The position numbers were made by a program, and so were the translations under genes. Below are positions 26,515 through 39,719 of a stretch of 64,000 nt of DNA, one piece after another. Source of the DNA: Octopus vulgaris (Eukaryota); the NCBI GenBank assembly GCA_951406725.2, contig OX597814.1, positions 224,564,001 to 224,628,000 of the forward strand, read 5' to 3'. A model generated the notes under the pieces. The model was not told where the DNA came from. It saw only the letters and a program-made list of their open reading frames with translations, and ran no database searches. The first letter of the stretch is position 1, and the number at the start of each line of letters is the position of its first letter.

Positions 26515-26734
26515 GCCTTAGGCAAGTGTCTTCTACTATAACCTCGGTCCGACCAAGGCCTTGTGAATGGATCTGGTAGGTGGAAAATGAAAGAAACCCG
26601 TCGTGTGTGTGTGTGTGCATGTCTTTGTGTCAATATGTATCTCATCACAACTGGTATTGGTGTATTACGTCCACGTAATTTAGCGGTTCGGTAACAGAAA
26701 CCGATAGAATAAGTACTTGGGTCGATTCACTTGA

Positions 26735-26737
<3 letters not shown>
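26515..26737 (+). mobile_element. Partial family-A SINE
   Basis: CCTTAGGCAAGTGTCTTCTACTATA..CCGATAGAATAAGTACT. Confidence 0.75.
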
Positions 26738-26789
<52 letters not shown>

Positions 26790-26800
26790 TATATAGAAGG

Positions 26801-26851
26801 AGCTTCTACAGGACTAGTACTGTTTCATTCAAGAGAAATCTTCAGGAAGCT
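26801..26851 (-). ncRNA. Type I hammerhead ribozyme
   Basis: AGCTTC-CTGAAGA-TTTCTCTTGAAT-GAAA-CAGTACTAGTCCTG-TA-GAAGCT. Confidence 0.8.
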
Positions 26852-27173
26852 ATTTAACAAGAATTGTATTAGCATTTATACATTTAGGCAGGTTTAAAGG
26901 AGTGGTGGTGGGGGACTTTTTGGGGGTAGGCATAGCGCAAAATATCATACTTGGGGGAGTGGTCAAGGAGTCAGTGGTAAGTTAGATGAAAGAATAGATA
27001 AATAAAAAAAAAAAAATGTTTTCCCTCTAACATTTTTTTTTTTCCCTCTAACATTGTTTACTCAAAATAATAATGGTCCCTTTACATACTGAACACTTGA
27101 TGAAATTGATTAATTACTAATTAACTTTACCCTCCCTTGTTGATATATATATACATATGTATATGTGTACATG

Positions 27174-27224
<51 letters not shown>

Positions 27225-28219
27225 ATGTGTGTATGTATGTATTTGTATATGTGTGTGTGTATATGTATGTGTGCGCGTGTGTGTGTATGTTTGTGTATGT
27301 ATACTTGTATATGTATATGCATGAATGTATATATATGTGTGTGTATATGTGTATTATGTATGTATTTATATAGATATGTAGTTTATATATATATATGTAT
27401 GTATATGCATCTGTCTGTGTGTGTGTATGTGTATATATGCGTATCATTTTTGCGTATGTATACATGTATATGTGTATATGTATGTGTGTGTGTGTGTGTA
27501 TGTATATATATATATATATATGTATATGTGTATATATGTGTATGTATATATATATATATGCATACGTATGTGTATGTACAGGTATATATGTATGTGTGTA
27601 TATGTATATATGTTTATATATGTGAGTATGTAGTAATATAAGTATATGCATGTGTATGTATGGGTATGTGTATCAGTGTATATGTATATATGTATGTGTG
27701 TGTGTATGTATATGTATGTATATGTGTATATATGTATGTGTATATGTGTATATATATATATGTATATATATATATGTGTGTATATGTGTGTACGTATGTG
27801 TATGTGTATGTATGTGTATGTATGTCTATATATGTATATATATGTGTATGTGTATATATATATGTATGTATATATATATGTATATATATGTATATATGTA
27901 TATATATGTATATATATGTATATATATATATATATATGAGTGCGTGTGTGTATGTATGCATATATGTATGTATGCATGTATATGTGTATGTATATATATG
28001 TGTGTAAGTGTGTGCATATATGTATTTGTAAGTATGTGTGCGCGTATGAGTATGTATGTATGCTTGCACACGTGTATATATATATGTGTGTGTGTGTATA
28101 TATATGGATGCGCGTGCGTGTGTGCACGTGTATGGGTACGCATGTATATGTGTATGTGCGTGTATGCGTATACGTGTATGTATGTATGTGTGTGCGTAGA
28201 TTTGTATATGTATGTGTGA

Positions 28220-28251
<32 letters not shown>

Positions 28252-28438
28252 GCATATATATAGATGGGTGTGTGTATGCGTATAAATGCATGTAAGTATG
28301 GATGTATGGATGTATGTATGTATGTATACGTATGTATGTGTGTATGTGTGTATGTATATATATGTGTGTGTATATATGTTTGTGTATGTATATATATGTG
28401 TATGTATGTGTGTGTATATGTATGTGTGTAGGTGTATG

Positions 28439-28484
<46 letters not shown>

Positions 28485-28939
28485 TATGTATCTGTATGTA
28501 GGAGTATATATGTGTGTGTGTGTATGTATGTGCGGGTATATATATATATATGTATATTTATTGGTGTATATGTATAGACTAGCCTCCTAAAGTGTAGACA
28601 CGAATCTGTAGGTACGAGTACGTATGTGTATATACGTGAACGTATGTAGATGTTTGTATGTATGAATATAACGCGTGTGTACGTGTATGTGTATGAGTGT
28701 ACGAATGGGTGAATGTACGTGCTAATGAGTGTGCGTGCGGGAATGAGTACTTGCCTTCTAGTAGACAGACAAATGGACAGGCAGCCACTGCCAGGATTCT
28801 TAGCCCTAGCGATCAAAGATAACAAAAGTAATAAATGAAGATAATAAAATTAAAATTAGGGAATGGGCCTGTATTGGATTGTATATATATATATATATGT
28901 ATATGTAAATTTGTATGTATGTATGTGTGTATGTGTAGG

Positions 28940-28986
<47 letters not shown>

Positions 28987-29421
28987 ATATATATGTGTAT
29001 GTGTGTATGTGTGTGTAGATACGTATACATGTGTGTATAGGTATAAGTGAGAATCTCCTTATTTACCTATAACTCTATCCCCCCTTTTTTTATATATATA
29101 TTTTTTTATATATATATTTTATATATATATTTTTTTTATATATATTTTTTATATTTTTTATTTTTTTATTTTTTTATTCTTTTATTTTATCTTTTTATTT
29201 TTCATTTTTATTTTTTTATTTTTTTATTTTTTTATTTATCTATTTTTTTTTTTTTTTTTTTTTTTTTTTATTTATCTATTCTTTCATCTAACTTACCACT
29301 GACTCCTTGACCACTCCCCCAAGTATGATATTTTGCGCTATGCCTACCCCCAAAAAGTCCCCCACCACCACTCCTTTAAACCTGCCTAAATGTATAAATG
29401 CTAATACAATTCTTGTTAAAT

Positions 29422-29472
29422 AGCTTCCTGAAGATTTCTCTTGAATGAAACAGTACTAGTCCTGTAGAAGCT
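29422..29472 (+). ncRNA. Type I hammerhead ribozyme
   Basis: Identical to 26801-26851; AATAAA follows 11 nt downstream. Confidence 0.8.
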
Positions 29473-29602
29473 CCTTCTATATAATAAATTAATTTTACTC
29501 TGCTATGTATTGAGTACCTTACTTACTGTGGTTAACCCCGAATCAACCCGGGACCTACACATATATATATATATATATATATTTGTAGACAGACAGACAG
29601 AC

Positions 29603-29755
<153 letters not shown>

Positions 29756-29859
29756 CACTTGCACGTAAGTGCACACACACACACACACACACATCTTTCA
29801 ATTTGTCTGAAATCGCTCTCATACGAAAGAAACATCACTCGCCTTGTAAAGAGCCATCA

Positions 29860-30975
29860 AACTGATAGTAATCAAAATTCTCTTCCTGTTTATGGATTGT
29901 TAACTTCGCCAAGAATAGGGTACCTTTGAAGTCAGATGGAACTTGCTTCTCTCAAATGCGAAACAGACGATGCTAATCAACAATTGTCCACTCACCATTC
30001 TTGAAAATTTTTGCTGAAATGTTTTCTGACCTTGGAGAGTTATTTTTCTTTGTTCTTCCAATGGCTGCTTGAATCGCAATTACATTTGAGGGGCGGGGAA
30101 TAAATCACAAGATGAAAGAGAAATTGAGGAATATGGTTGATGTTTTTCGATTCAGAAGTGTTCGATTCAGAAGTGTTCTGTCCAACAACCAAGGATAGGA
30201 AGTTCATCTTTTAAGACTGTTTAATCATTTAATGACACGATTAGAGTCACAAGTGACGGAAGAGAATTTTAGGTGATTTTGTTACAAATGTCTTTGACAT
30301 GAATAAAGTTGCATCTCTACTGCTTTCGAAACCCACCACTTGTTTTGGATTTTGTGGATATTGATTTAAACTCTAAATTTGATGGGTTTTTTTTATCTTA
30401 TCTTTTTGGTAATTGAAGATTATTCATTAGCTAAAGCCAATCGAGATTGTCTTTTCTAGTTGATGAGTTTCGTAATTTTAGACTTGTTTTCATGAAACCA
30501 ATCGTGTTGACATGTGTAGATAAATCTGAGAAACTCTGTTATAACATTGATCAGTATCTTCTTTCGTCAGCATCTTTGAAGTCAGATGGATTTGTTGTCT
30601 CAGATGGAACTTGCAAATGATGTAGGTTTAGAAGATGCCATGAGGGGAATGGCGTGGTTGAGTTTGCGTCCGATAGAGAAAGATTTATTTAACGAGAAGC
30701 TGATGCTCTTAAAATATGAAGAAGCTAAAACTGCCGATAAGAAAAAGGAAATTCCTGAAATTCCACTTAAATTAACAGCAAAGAATACTGCTAAAAGGTT
30801 GGTACTTATAAAGAAAGGTCAGAAATATTTTGCTGACAGCGACCCTAATTGTGAACACAACATAAAAGTTACAAGAGGAGTCTACAATGGACTCAGTTCC
30901 TGCTCTCAGCTGTACAAAGGGATGACACGCCATAAACATCAAACGATTTTAGATAACTTCTTCACTCCTTAAGTA
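29860..30975. mobile_element. Scrambled Tigger/pogo transposase remnant
   Basis: ORF 30586-30972 ..KYFADSDPNCEHNIKVTRGV..LYK..QTILDNFF (Tigger C-terminus); LPVY-like and DWF-like pieces on alternating strands. Confidence 0.65.
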
Positions 30976-31180
30976 GATGTTAATGATGGCGAACTGTGAG
31001 ATAGAAGATATGACCCCCGTCCTGCCAGTAACTCTCACTTCAGAAATACGTCACACACTCCAGTCGACATCTTTTGTGGTAAGAACATCCCTATTACGAT
31101 GTTACGATATTACGATTCGTATTTATTACCCAACGTATTTCATTTCATATATTTTTATGTAACATATTATATTGTGTATA

Positions 31181-31592
31181 CTCTTTTTTTTTACTCTTTT
31201 ACTCGTTTCAGTCATTTGACTGCGGCCATGCTGGAGCACCGCCTTTAGTCGAGCAAATCGACCCCGGGACTTATTCTTTGTAAGCCCAGTACTTATTCTA
31301 TCGGTCTCTTTTGCCGAACCGCTAGATGACGGGGACGTAAACACACCAGCATCGGTTGTCAAGCAATGCTAGGGAGACAAACACACACACACAAACACAC
31401 ACACATACATATATATATATACATATATACGACAGGCTTCTTTCAGTTTCCGTCTACCGAATCCACTCACAAAGCATTGGTCGGCCCGGGGCTATAGCAG
31501 AAGACACTTGCCCAAGATGCCACGCAGTGGGACTGAACCCGGAACCATGTGGTTGTTTAGCAAGCTACTTACCACACAGCCACTCCTGCGCC
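31181..31592 (-). mobile_element. Full-length family-A SINE
   Basis: Reverse complement of 19385-19789. Confidence 0.9.
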
Positions 31593-31777
31593 TATATTTA
31601 CGAATCGTTATTTTCATGCATAAAATACGGTCGTTGTGATTTTTTTTTTGATGCTTTTTTTGTCTTCTCAAACGCATTATCACAGGGAAAATTAACTTCG
31701 AGCTTTCACGTTACAACAAAATTTTCGTGAACACAATACTTCCGTAACACAGAGTATTCCTACACTCACGCACATTT

Positions 31778-31824
<47 letters not shown>

Positions 31825-31926
31825 CTCAGATACACATATTTATACACATACACGCATAAATATATATACACCTACATAGAGATACACACTTGCATACACA
31901 TATACGCGTACATACGCATTTTTTCC

Positions 31927-31965
<39 letters not shown>

Positions 31966-32154
31966 GTGCGTATATTTGTAAATATACAGATATTTTCATG
32001 GCCACGGAGAAGAAAACTTGTCGTCTAACCGCATCGTTTACTTTTCACAGCAACGCTAAATTGTGATAGCTAAAGTCAAACCTTCGTAAGGTTTAACTTA
32101 CATTTCAAATAATCCTAAAGTCACTGTCTGATTTGTTAATTAATTCACGCTGCA

Positions 32155-32243
32155 AGGTGGCGAGCTGGCAGAAACGTTAGCACGCCGGGCGAAATACTTA
32201 GCAGTATTTCGTCTGTCTTTACGTTCTGAGTTCAAATTCCCTC
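32155..32243 (+). mobile_element. 3'-truncated family-B SINE
   Basis: AAGGTGGCGAGCTGGCAGAAACGTTAGCACGCCGGGCG..TTCTGAGTTCAAATTCC. Confidence 0.8.
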
Positions 32244-33047
32244 CGGTCCACTAAATTATCTCACCCCACCACCATACAACTCCCACTCCCCAATTCATTA
32301 CGTCTGTCCTACGCTGTTACAGCCGACCCTTTCGCATATAATCTTCTCTCCCTTTTGCGCATCCCTTTGCTTTCTACCCCTGTCTAATGTATCATTAATA
32401 TTATTATTACTACACTTTTCTGCTCTTCACTGTCCACCCTCTTTTCTGCATTGACAGTTATCTCCTCTACCCTGTATCATTAGTCCCTTATGGACTCTAT
32501 CCAATCTCTACAGCTGTCACCTACTCTCCCCTCTTTCCTAATTATCGTCCCTCAATCCTTTCCTAATATTCACCCTCTCACTGATTCTATATCTCTACCC
32601 ACCTCTCACTTTTCCTTAAGTAACCTTTAGCCACCTACACTTTCTCTTCTGACTCCATTCACTTCGACTCACCTCATATCTTGAGGAGGCTTCAAACTTT
32701 AGTGTTTTTGTAGTATGCTATTAGTTTATAGTTGGGTGTGATGCATTTTGTTTCCAGTTTTACGAGGGTTTCCATTATTCATTGGTCTATTGGGAAGGTT
32801 TTATGCACTTGATTTATGTAGATTTTATGTGTTCATTGTGTATATTTATAATGTATTATATACTCCTTGTATTGCAGATATGTATGTATTCTACTACAGC
32901 TCTTTCTACTAGTTTATTAGAATATCCTTTATTAATTAAGGCTTATTCAATTCTATGTTGTTGTTTTTTTCGCTCTAATGCATTGTGTGTGAGCAAGGAT
33001 ATAAGCCCTCTTCTGAGAGATTATTTTTTCCACTGAAATCTTATAGG

Positions 33048-33095
<48 letters not shown>

Positions 33096-33466
33096 TCATT
33101 TCTAAAAATAAACACTGAAAAGTGGTTTGGCATCATTTCTAAAAATAGCCAAGCAACTACTACTGCTGTCCACAGGAACGTATATAAAGGACAAAAGACA
33201 GGCAGTCACCCACAGTTGAAACACTCCTGTCACAACCTGGGACCTTGAAGTCTGCTTTAATGCAAGATAGTATACTAGTCCCTTAATATTTGATATTCGA
33301 TATTTCATCTATTCAATAAGACAATCAATACTTCATTTCATTATACTATGTATATATTATTTATACTATATATTCTATATTCTACATTGATATTATAAAG
33401 AATATAAATAAATATAAAAAACAGAGTTGGAATTTCTTTGAATAATATATATATATAAATATACGC

Positions 33467-33537
<71 letters not shown>

Positions 33538-33759
33538 TATGTGTGTGTGTGCGCGCGTGTCTGAAACGCTATAAGTTATCGCACAGACACTCATCCCAGC
33601 AAGCACACTTACTTGTAGTAAAAACAGCTGTCAGCCAATGAAAGTCATGTTATCTCTCTCGTTCTTTTGCCATTCGTCTATCAATTGATATATACATATA
33701 TACACACACATATATGTGTGTGTGTGTGTATCATATACATACATACATGTACACACATA

Positions 33760-34320
33760 CAAAGTAGGAACGCAAATTCAAGCAATAAGCTTCATTCAAG
33801 GTGAGTTCTCCAGGTTCTTCCAGGCCGGAAACCATTTCCCGATGTTTCCAGAGCCAAAATGCCTGATAAAAATGATGAGCATCAATAATTTCCAGTTCAC
33901 TCTTGTAAAACATATAAACCCTTCTTATGAATTTTAGAAAATGATTCGCAGCAATGCGTGTCAGAGAATATAAACAGACCCCCTTGTTTGAGCCTCGTCT
34001 GCGGGCTTGTTCTTCATTTGTATTTCTAACTAGCGTTTGTGTTTTCTAAAATTTGTCTACGTTCAAACATTTGCAGCATCTTTACGAATTGGGTATTGTG
34101 TCTATTAAGAATCGTAATATACAGCAGAAACGGGTGAATTGCGGCTCGCAGGACTTTCTGAATGGCACGCTTAACAAAAAGTTACTTTGAATTTTCTTAG
34201 TCGTCTGACTCGCCTAATGATAAACCATGTCTCATGCGACTGGCTTCACAGAAAAGGTTCCTATATCTGGTATAGGTGATTGGCATAAGCGGTAATGTGT
34301 AACAGGCCTATCTACTGTAG
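33760..34320 (+). pseudogene. Decayed LRR fragments
   Basis: TQIQAISFIQGEFS; KCLIKMMSINNFQFT; LQHLYELGIVSIKNRNI; LSRLTRLMINHVSCDWLHRKG. Confidence 0.45.
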
Positions 34321-34571
34321 GCAGAAGGTCTGAGATTCTGTGGAAGGGAGTTTAAACGATTAAATTGACTCAGTGCTCAACTGGTACTTAATTCAACGGC
34401 TCCGACAGGAAGGAAAGACGAAGTCAACCTCGGCGGAATTCGAACTCAAAATGTAGGGACGGATGAAATGTTGCTAAGTATTATGTCTGGCACGTTGGCA
34501 ATTTATCTACGTTGCCACACTGCTGTAGTCCAATAGTAAAATGAACTACGGCAGAATCGATTTATACCATT

Positions 34572-34985
34572 AAGGCGGCGAGCTTGCAGAAATGTTAGAA
34601 CGCCGGGCGAAATGCTTTGCGGTATTTCGTCTGCCGTTCTGAGTTCAAATTCCGCCGAAGTCGACTTTGCCTTTCATCCTTTCGGGGTCGATAAATTAAG
34701 TACCAGTTACGCACTGGAGTCGATGTAATCGACTTAATCCATTTGTCTGTCCTTGTTTGACCCCTCTGTGTTTAGCCCCTTGTGGCCAATAAAGAAATAG
34801 GTGTTTCGTCTGCCGTTACGTTCTGAGTTCAAATTCCGCCGAGGTCAACTTTGCCTTTCATCCTTTCGGGGTCGATAATTTAAGTACCAGTTATGCACTG
34901 GGGTCGATATAATCGACTTAATCCTTTTGACTGTCCTTGTTTGTCCCCTCTATGTTTAGCCCCTTGTGGGCAATAAAGAAATAAT
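34572..34985 (+). mobile_element. Dimeric family-B SINE with TSD (a degenerate minus copy lies at ~34355-34520)
   Basis: Junction AAAGAAATA|GGTGTTTCGTC at 34799/34800; 17-bp imperfect TSD at 34555-34571 and 34986-35002. Confidence 0.85.
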
Positions 34986-36037
34986 AATCCATTTACACCA
35001 TTTATACTATTTCTTGTTCCTTCTTCGTGCAAATTATGTGATAGTTCTACTTAACATATCTAACAATATAATAACAAATAACATATATCTAACAATAACA
35101 CAAAAAGAGACAGAGTCAATGGGAGAGAAAGAGAGGAGGAGTTGATTTTCTGTTTTTTTTACATTGACCTAGCTCCGTATATAGATTCGCCATACTGTCC
35201 AATAAAGAAAGTATTTTCCGATCTTGACCTCTGATGTTATGATGAAAATATTATGTCAGCCATTTTGTAGTTTTATAATAGTGAATTTTGTATTTTTCGT
35301 TATCTTTTCTTATTACGTTTGCCTGTTTTTTTTTATTAAATGTTTGTTGATTTTTATTTTATGCTTCTTTCTGTTTCGTTGTTGAATTTTTATTTTTATT
35401 TTTATTTTGTCTAAGAATGCAATGGAATAAAAAAATAAGACGGACAAAAATAAAAGATAGAGGAATGGAGGAGGGGAAGGAGAAAAGAAAAAGAAGACGA
35501 AGGAAGATAGAGAGACAGAAAGAAAAAGAAAGATGGAAAAAGGAGAGAAAAAGCAAACAGAAGCTCAGCAGGGAAGAGAATAAAGAAAAAAAGAGGAGAA
35601 AGAGAAAAGGAAGAAAGTAGAGGAAAAAGACACCTTCTCATTAAATAAGCAACAGGTTTGAGTGTAGGTGATAATTGTATATTTATTAATCTATCAGACC
35701 AGTTATTCCAGTTTATTTTTCTCTCTTGAGTCCTTCCTTCTATGCAAGGTTTTTCTTTCTTTATCTGTTTTTGATTATCCTTTCTTACCGAGTTTTTTAC
35801 CAGACATTTTCCTCTCATACACTTCTCTCTTTCTATCAGTATCTATTTTCGGACATACCTATCTACACACAAGCTCACATACGTACGTACTTACGTACAT
35901 ACATACATACATACATACATACATACACACATACACATATATACATGCATACGTATATACATACACATACATACATACATACATACATACATACATGCAT
36001 ACATACACACATACACATATATACATACATAGATACA

Positions 36038-36071
<34 letters not shown>

Positions 36072-36324
36072 CATATACATATATACATACACATACACAT
36101 ATATACATACATACATACACCTACATGCATGTATACATACATACACATACACATGCATACATATACATTCACATATATGCATACATACATACATATATGC
36201 ACATACATACACATACACATACATACATACATACATACATACATACATACATACATACATACATACGTACACACATACATGCCTACTACCTACTTGCCGA
36301 CCATTTGTATACGTGATTTGTCTG

Positions 36325-36959
36325 TTCACATTTTTAACCAGCCGCTTGGACTACTGCTCCCAACTATGGCCACCACACAATATAAAGTTAACAGCAGAAC
36401 TCGAAGCAATCCAGCGAAGCTACACTATGGAGATCGTGTCAATGCAATATATCAGCGACAGGGGAAAGACTGAAAGTATTAAAACTCTTTCCCCTGGAAC
36501 GAAGGCGGGAGAGATATGCAGTGATATACATCTGGAAAATCCTGGAGGGTCTTGTCGCGAATTTTGGCATTGAAAGTTACCCCAGCAGCAGAACAGGGCG
36601 CCACTGCATGTTGCCAAAGATCCAAACATCACCATCAAAATACAGGACCAGATACTGCAACAGCTTGGGTTTTAGGGGACCACAGCTCTTCAATATCCTT
36701 CCTAAATGCCTGAGAGACCTGCATGGTGTGGATGTAGGTTTCTTTAAAACTAAACTGGATCTCTTCCTGTCAGGGGTTCCACATGAACCTACCTCTCAGC
36801 AGGAAACATAGATGCGGGCAGCGGCGTCGAACTCCCTTGTTGACCAAGTGCTACGTATCAGAGGTGGTTTCACATACTTGTGTAGCTCATTCAACGGTGG
36901 TGCCCCAGCATGGACGCAGCTTTCGGGCTGAAACAATTTTAAGGATTTAAGGATTTAAG
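36325..36959 (+). mobile_element. CR1/L2-group LINE 3' fragment (RT C-terminus plus 3'UTR)
   Basis: SRLDYCSQLWPP..LEAIQRSYT..LERRRERY..IYIWKILEGLV..SLGFRGPQLFNILP..FKTKLDLFLSGVP; tail (TTTAAGGA)n. Confidence 0.9.
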
Positions 36960-37168
36960 CACTTGATTATACGTGTATGAGTGTATATGTATATCCGTGT
37001 GTGTGTTGTGTGCCTTTTGTGTGTGTTTGTGCGTGTGTTTGTGCGTGCGTGTGTATGTGTTGTGTATGTATATATATGTATAACTGTATATATATGTATA
37101 ACTGTATATATATGTATAACTGTATACATATACATCTAATATACATAACTACATGCATACATCATTTA

Positions 37169-37378
37169 TCTTTTTCTTGTTTCAGTCATTAGACTGCGGC
37201 CATGCTGGGGCACCGCCTTGAAGCTTTAGTCAAATGAATAGACCCCAGTGCTTATTTATTTAAGCTTGGTACTTATTCTATCGGTAACTTTTGCAGAACC
37301 CGTAATTTAAGGGACGTAAACATGCCAACACTGGTCATCAAATCGTTGTGAGGAGAGAAACTCAGACACAAAGACACG

Positions 37379-37410
<32 letters not shown>
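37169..37410 (-). mobile_element. Family-A SINE 3' half
   Basis: GTTTCAGTCATTAGACTGCGGCCATGCTGGGGCACCGCC. Confidence 0.75.
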
Positions 37411-37457
<47 letters not shown>

Positions 37458-37462
<5 letters not shown>

Positions 37463-37941
37463 AAATCAAATTGCGATAAATTAAAAAAATTATAATCGCT
37501 GGTATTACTAACACAAGCCATATATTTTTCATATATCAGTACATTAAGGCGAAATATGTGCTAGAATACAGAAGCTTGATAAATTAAGTGAAATGAAGAT
37601 AAAAACATTTACTAAACCGGTAATTCTCAGACTGCAGTTTCTTTCTTTTCAGCAATAAAGATAATTTATTTGCTCAGGGAGAATTCTTCAGTGAGACCCT
37701 GTTTTTCTGGGATCCTAACTCACTAGAAGCATGTGCTTCTAATGATTTACTCTCCCTAACTAATCATATCACTGCGCAGACTCCGAACGTCCCGACAAAA
37801 CTAGGGAATTCTGGTATATCGCCTGGCGCTCATAATTTATCGAGAAATATGTAAACAAATCAAATTGCGATAAAATAAAAAAATTATAATCGCTGGTATT
37901 ACTAACACAAGCCATATATTTTTCATATATCAGTACATTAA
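37458..37941 (-). mobile_element. Retrozyme/pLTR-like 1.2-mer of a 394-bp unit
   Basis: 90-bp direct repeat (37458-37547, 37852-37941) enclosing one hammerhead; TA-rich flanks. Confidence 0.7.
37625..37696 (-). ncRNA. Type I hammerhead ribozyme
   Basis: TCTCA-CTGAAGA-[stem II with GCAAATAAA/TTTATTGC]-GAAA-CTGCAG-TC-TGAGA. Confidence 0.8.
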
Positions 37942-38035
37942 TACATATCAGTATATATATATATACATATATGAGATATTTAGAAATATAATATTTCTAT
38001 TTTTGGTGATCAGTGAATTTACTTCACTGAAATTA

Positions 38036-38162
<127 letters not shown>

Positions 38163-38204
38163 ACAAAGTCTAGACGGGTATCTTCAGCTAGCAGGCCATG
38201 CTAC

Positions 38205-38247
38205 TCCAGACTGATGACGAGCAACGACTCAGAAACTAGTCTCTGGA
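38205..38247 (+). ncRNA. Minimal type I hammerhead ribozyme
   Basis: TCCAGA-CTGATGA-CGAGCAACGACTCA-GAAA-CTAG-TC-TCTGGA. Confidence 0.8.
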
Positions 38248-38445
38248 TGCAGGCTTAGCTGGATGGGGGTGCTTGTCTCCCCTTTGTAAACATAAGGACA
38301 CAGAAAATGTGTCAAGGCCGACAGGAAGCGTTGATGTGATTCCTTTTATGGGACTGTCACGTTAGTTGTCAGTATACAACTGCTCTGTGCTCTGTCATCC
38401 CACCACTGCTTATATCTTTATTTAGAAATTTAATATTTATATATA

Positions 38446-38664
38446 TATATTATATTAAATTAGAGATAAAACCACTATTAGGCAAATCATACAATGAAAA
38501 ACTTAAGCCAATACATAAGATCGTAGTGTTATACTAATTATCTTTTTTTAATAATTTTGATATATATTTAAATAATATTAATTAATTAATCTTATGTATT
38601 TGCTTAAGTTTTTCATTGTATGATTTGCCTAATAGTGGTTTTATCTCTAATTTAATATAATATA
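38446..38664. repeat. 76-bp inverted repeat (pLTR-like fold-back)
   Basis: Arms 38446-38521 and 38589-38664, one mismatch. Confidence 0.8.
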
Positions 38665-38787
38665 ATATTTTACTATAAAATTGGATTCAATCCTAAATCT
38701 GATTTTTCCCTGTAAGTTTGGATTTATTCCTAATAATATTTTATTATATATATATATATATAATATGTTATATTTACTCGATAGTCA

Positions 38788-38851
38788 AGATAAAACTCTG
38801 AGTTTCAGATGCCGAAAGTGGAAATCCACAACACCATCTCTTCGGTTATCT
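38788..38851 (-). ncRNA. Type I hammerhead, U4C core variant
   Basis: AGATAA-CCGAAGA-GATG..CATCT-GAAA-CTCAGAG-TT-TTATCT. Confidence 0.7.
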
Positions 38852-39214
38852 GGCTATTTGAAAACGTTATGAAAAAATACCGTTATATAAAGGGAAATTA
38901 CTGTGTTATAACTCTGCTTGCCTGCGTACTTATACATCGCTCGCATTTTTCGTCATAAAAATTATATAAAAATACATAAAAAATATATAAAAATATATAA
39001 AAATATATAAAATCTTCTTGGGACATAACATAGAAAGCATGTTCTATCTGTTTTCTTTAGGGGACCAAAAACGTAACAGAAATTTAGTCACGTGTGGGCA
39101 TGATCCGAAAAGTTCTGTCCTTGTGTTTAGACATGTAGTAGGGTCTAAGCTGCTTTTCCAGATAAGCCATCTCTCCATGTTGCATAGACCGCACCTTCCG
39201 CTGCCGTTGGTATA

Positions 39215-39715
39215 GTTGTCTGTAAAAGACCATACCTGTTTCAAACGACTTAGTACACAAAGCTCATGCGATCCAAGATGGATGTCAGACAATCTTCACG
39301 GTCATGTAACCTAAAAATTGTGGCCTCCAAACTCGCTAGATTTAAATCTCATGGACTACTACGCTCTTGGAAAGGAAACTAATCGATATCTTCACAATAC
39401 CGTAGCATCACTGAAGGCCGCAATTGTCCGGGTGACGTCCGCGATGAATGAGGAACATTTGTCCGGGTGACGTCCGCGATGAATGAGGAACATTTAGTGT
39501 AGGCATGTCAACAATTCCAGTCCCCCATTGAAGCAGTCACCGAAGCTGAAGGCGAATTCATTTAACAATTTTTTTTATCAAAATACGTGGTTTTTGCAAC
39601 ATTAGGAATTATTTTTTATTAAATTACCAATTATGTTCTCAAATACCTCCCACATTCTGTAGAGTTTCGTTGTCTTTCTAAATACAACAATTTATTCAAA
39701 ACAATCCTAGTGTAC
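39215..39715 (+). mobile_element. maT/Tc1-like (DD37D-type) transposase 3' remnant
   Basis: WMSDNL..LWPPNSLDLNLMDYY..ETNRYLHNTVASLKAAI..ACQQFQSPIEAVTEAEGEFI*; 35-bp tandem duplication near 39424-39493. Confidence 0.75.
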
Positions 39716-39719
39716 CCAA

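Larger units (their letters stand above)
26785..29560. mobile_element. Non-autonomous Penelope-like element with inverted hammerhead-containing terminal repeats
   Basis: 26785-27016 is the apparently perfect reverse complement of ~29257-29489; (TA)n on both flanks; low-complexity interior. Confidence 0.7.

Noticed and set aside
33761-33862. Apparent 102-nt minus-strand exon (AFWLWKHREMVSG..)
   Set aside because: Its donor lies in a TATG repeat, and the plus strand fits the LRR fossil pattern better
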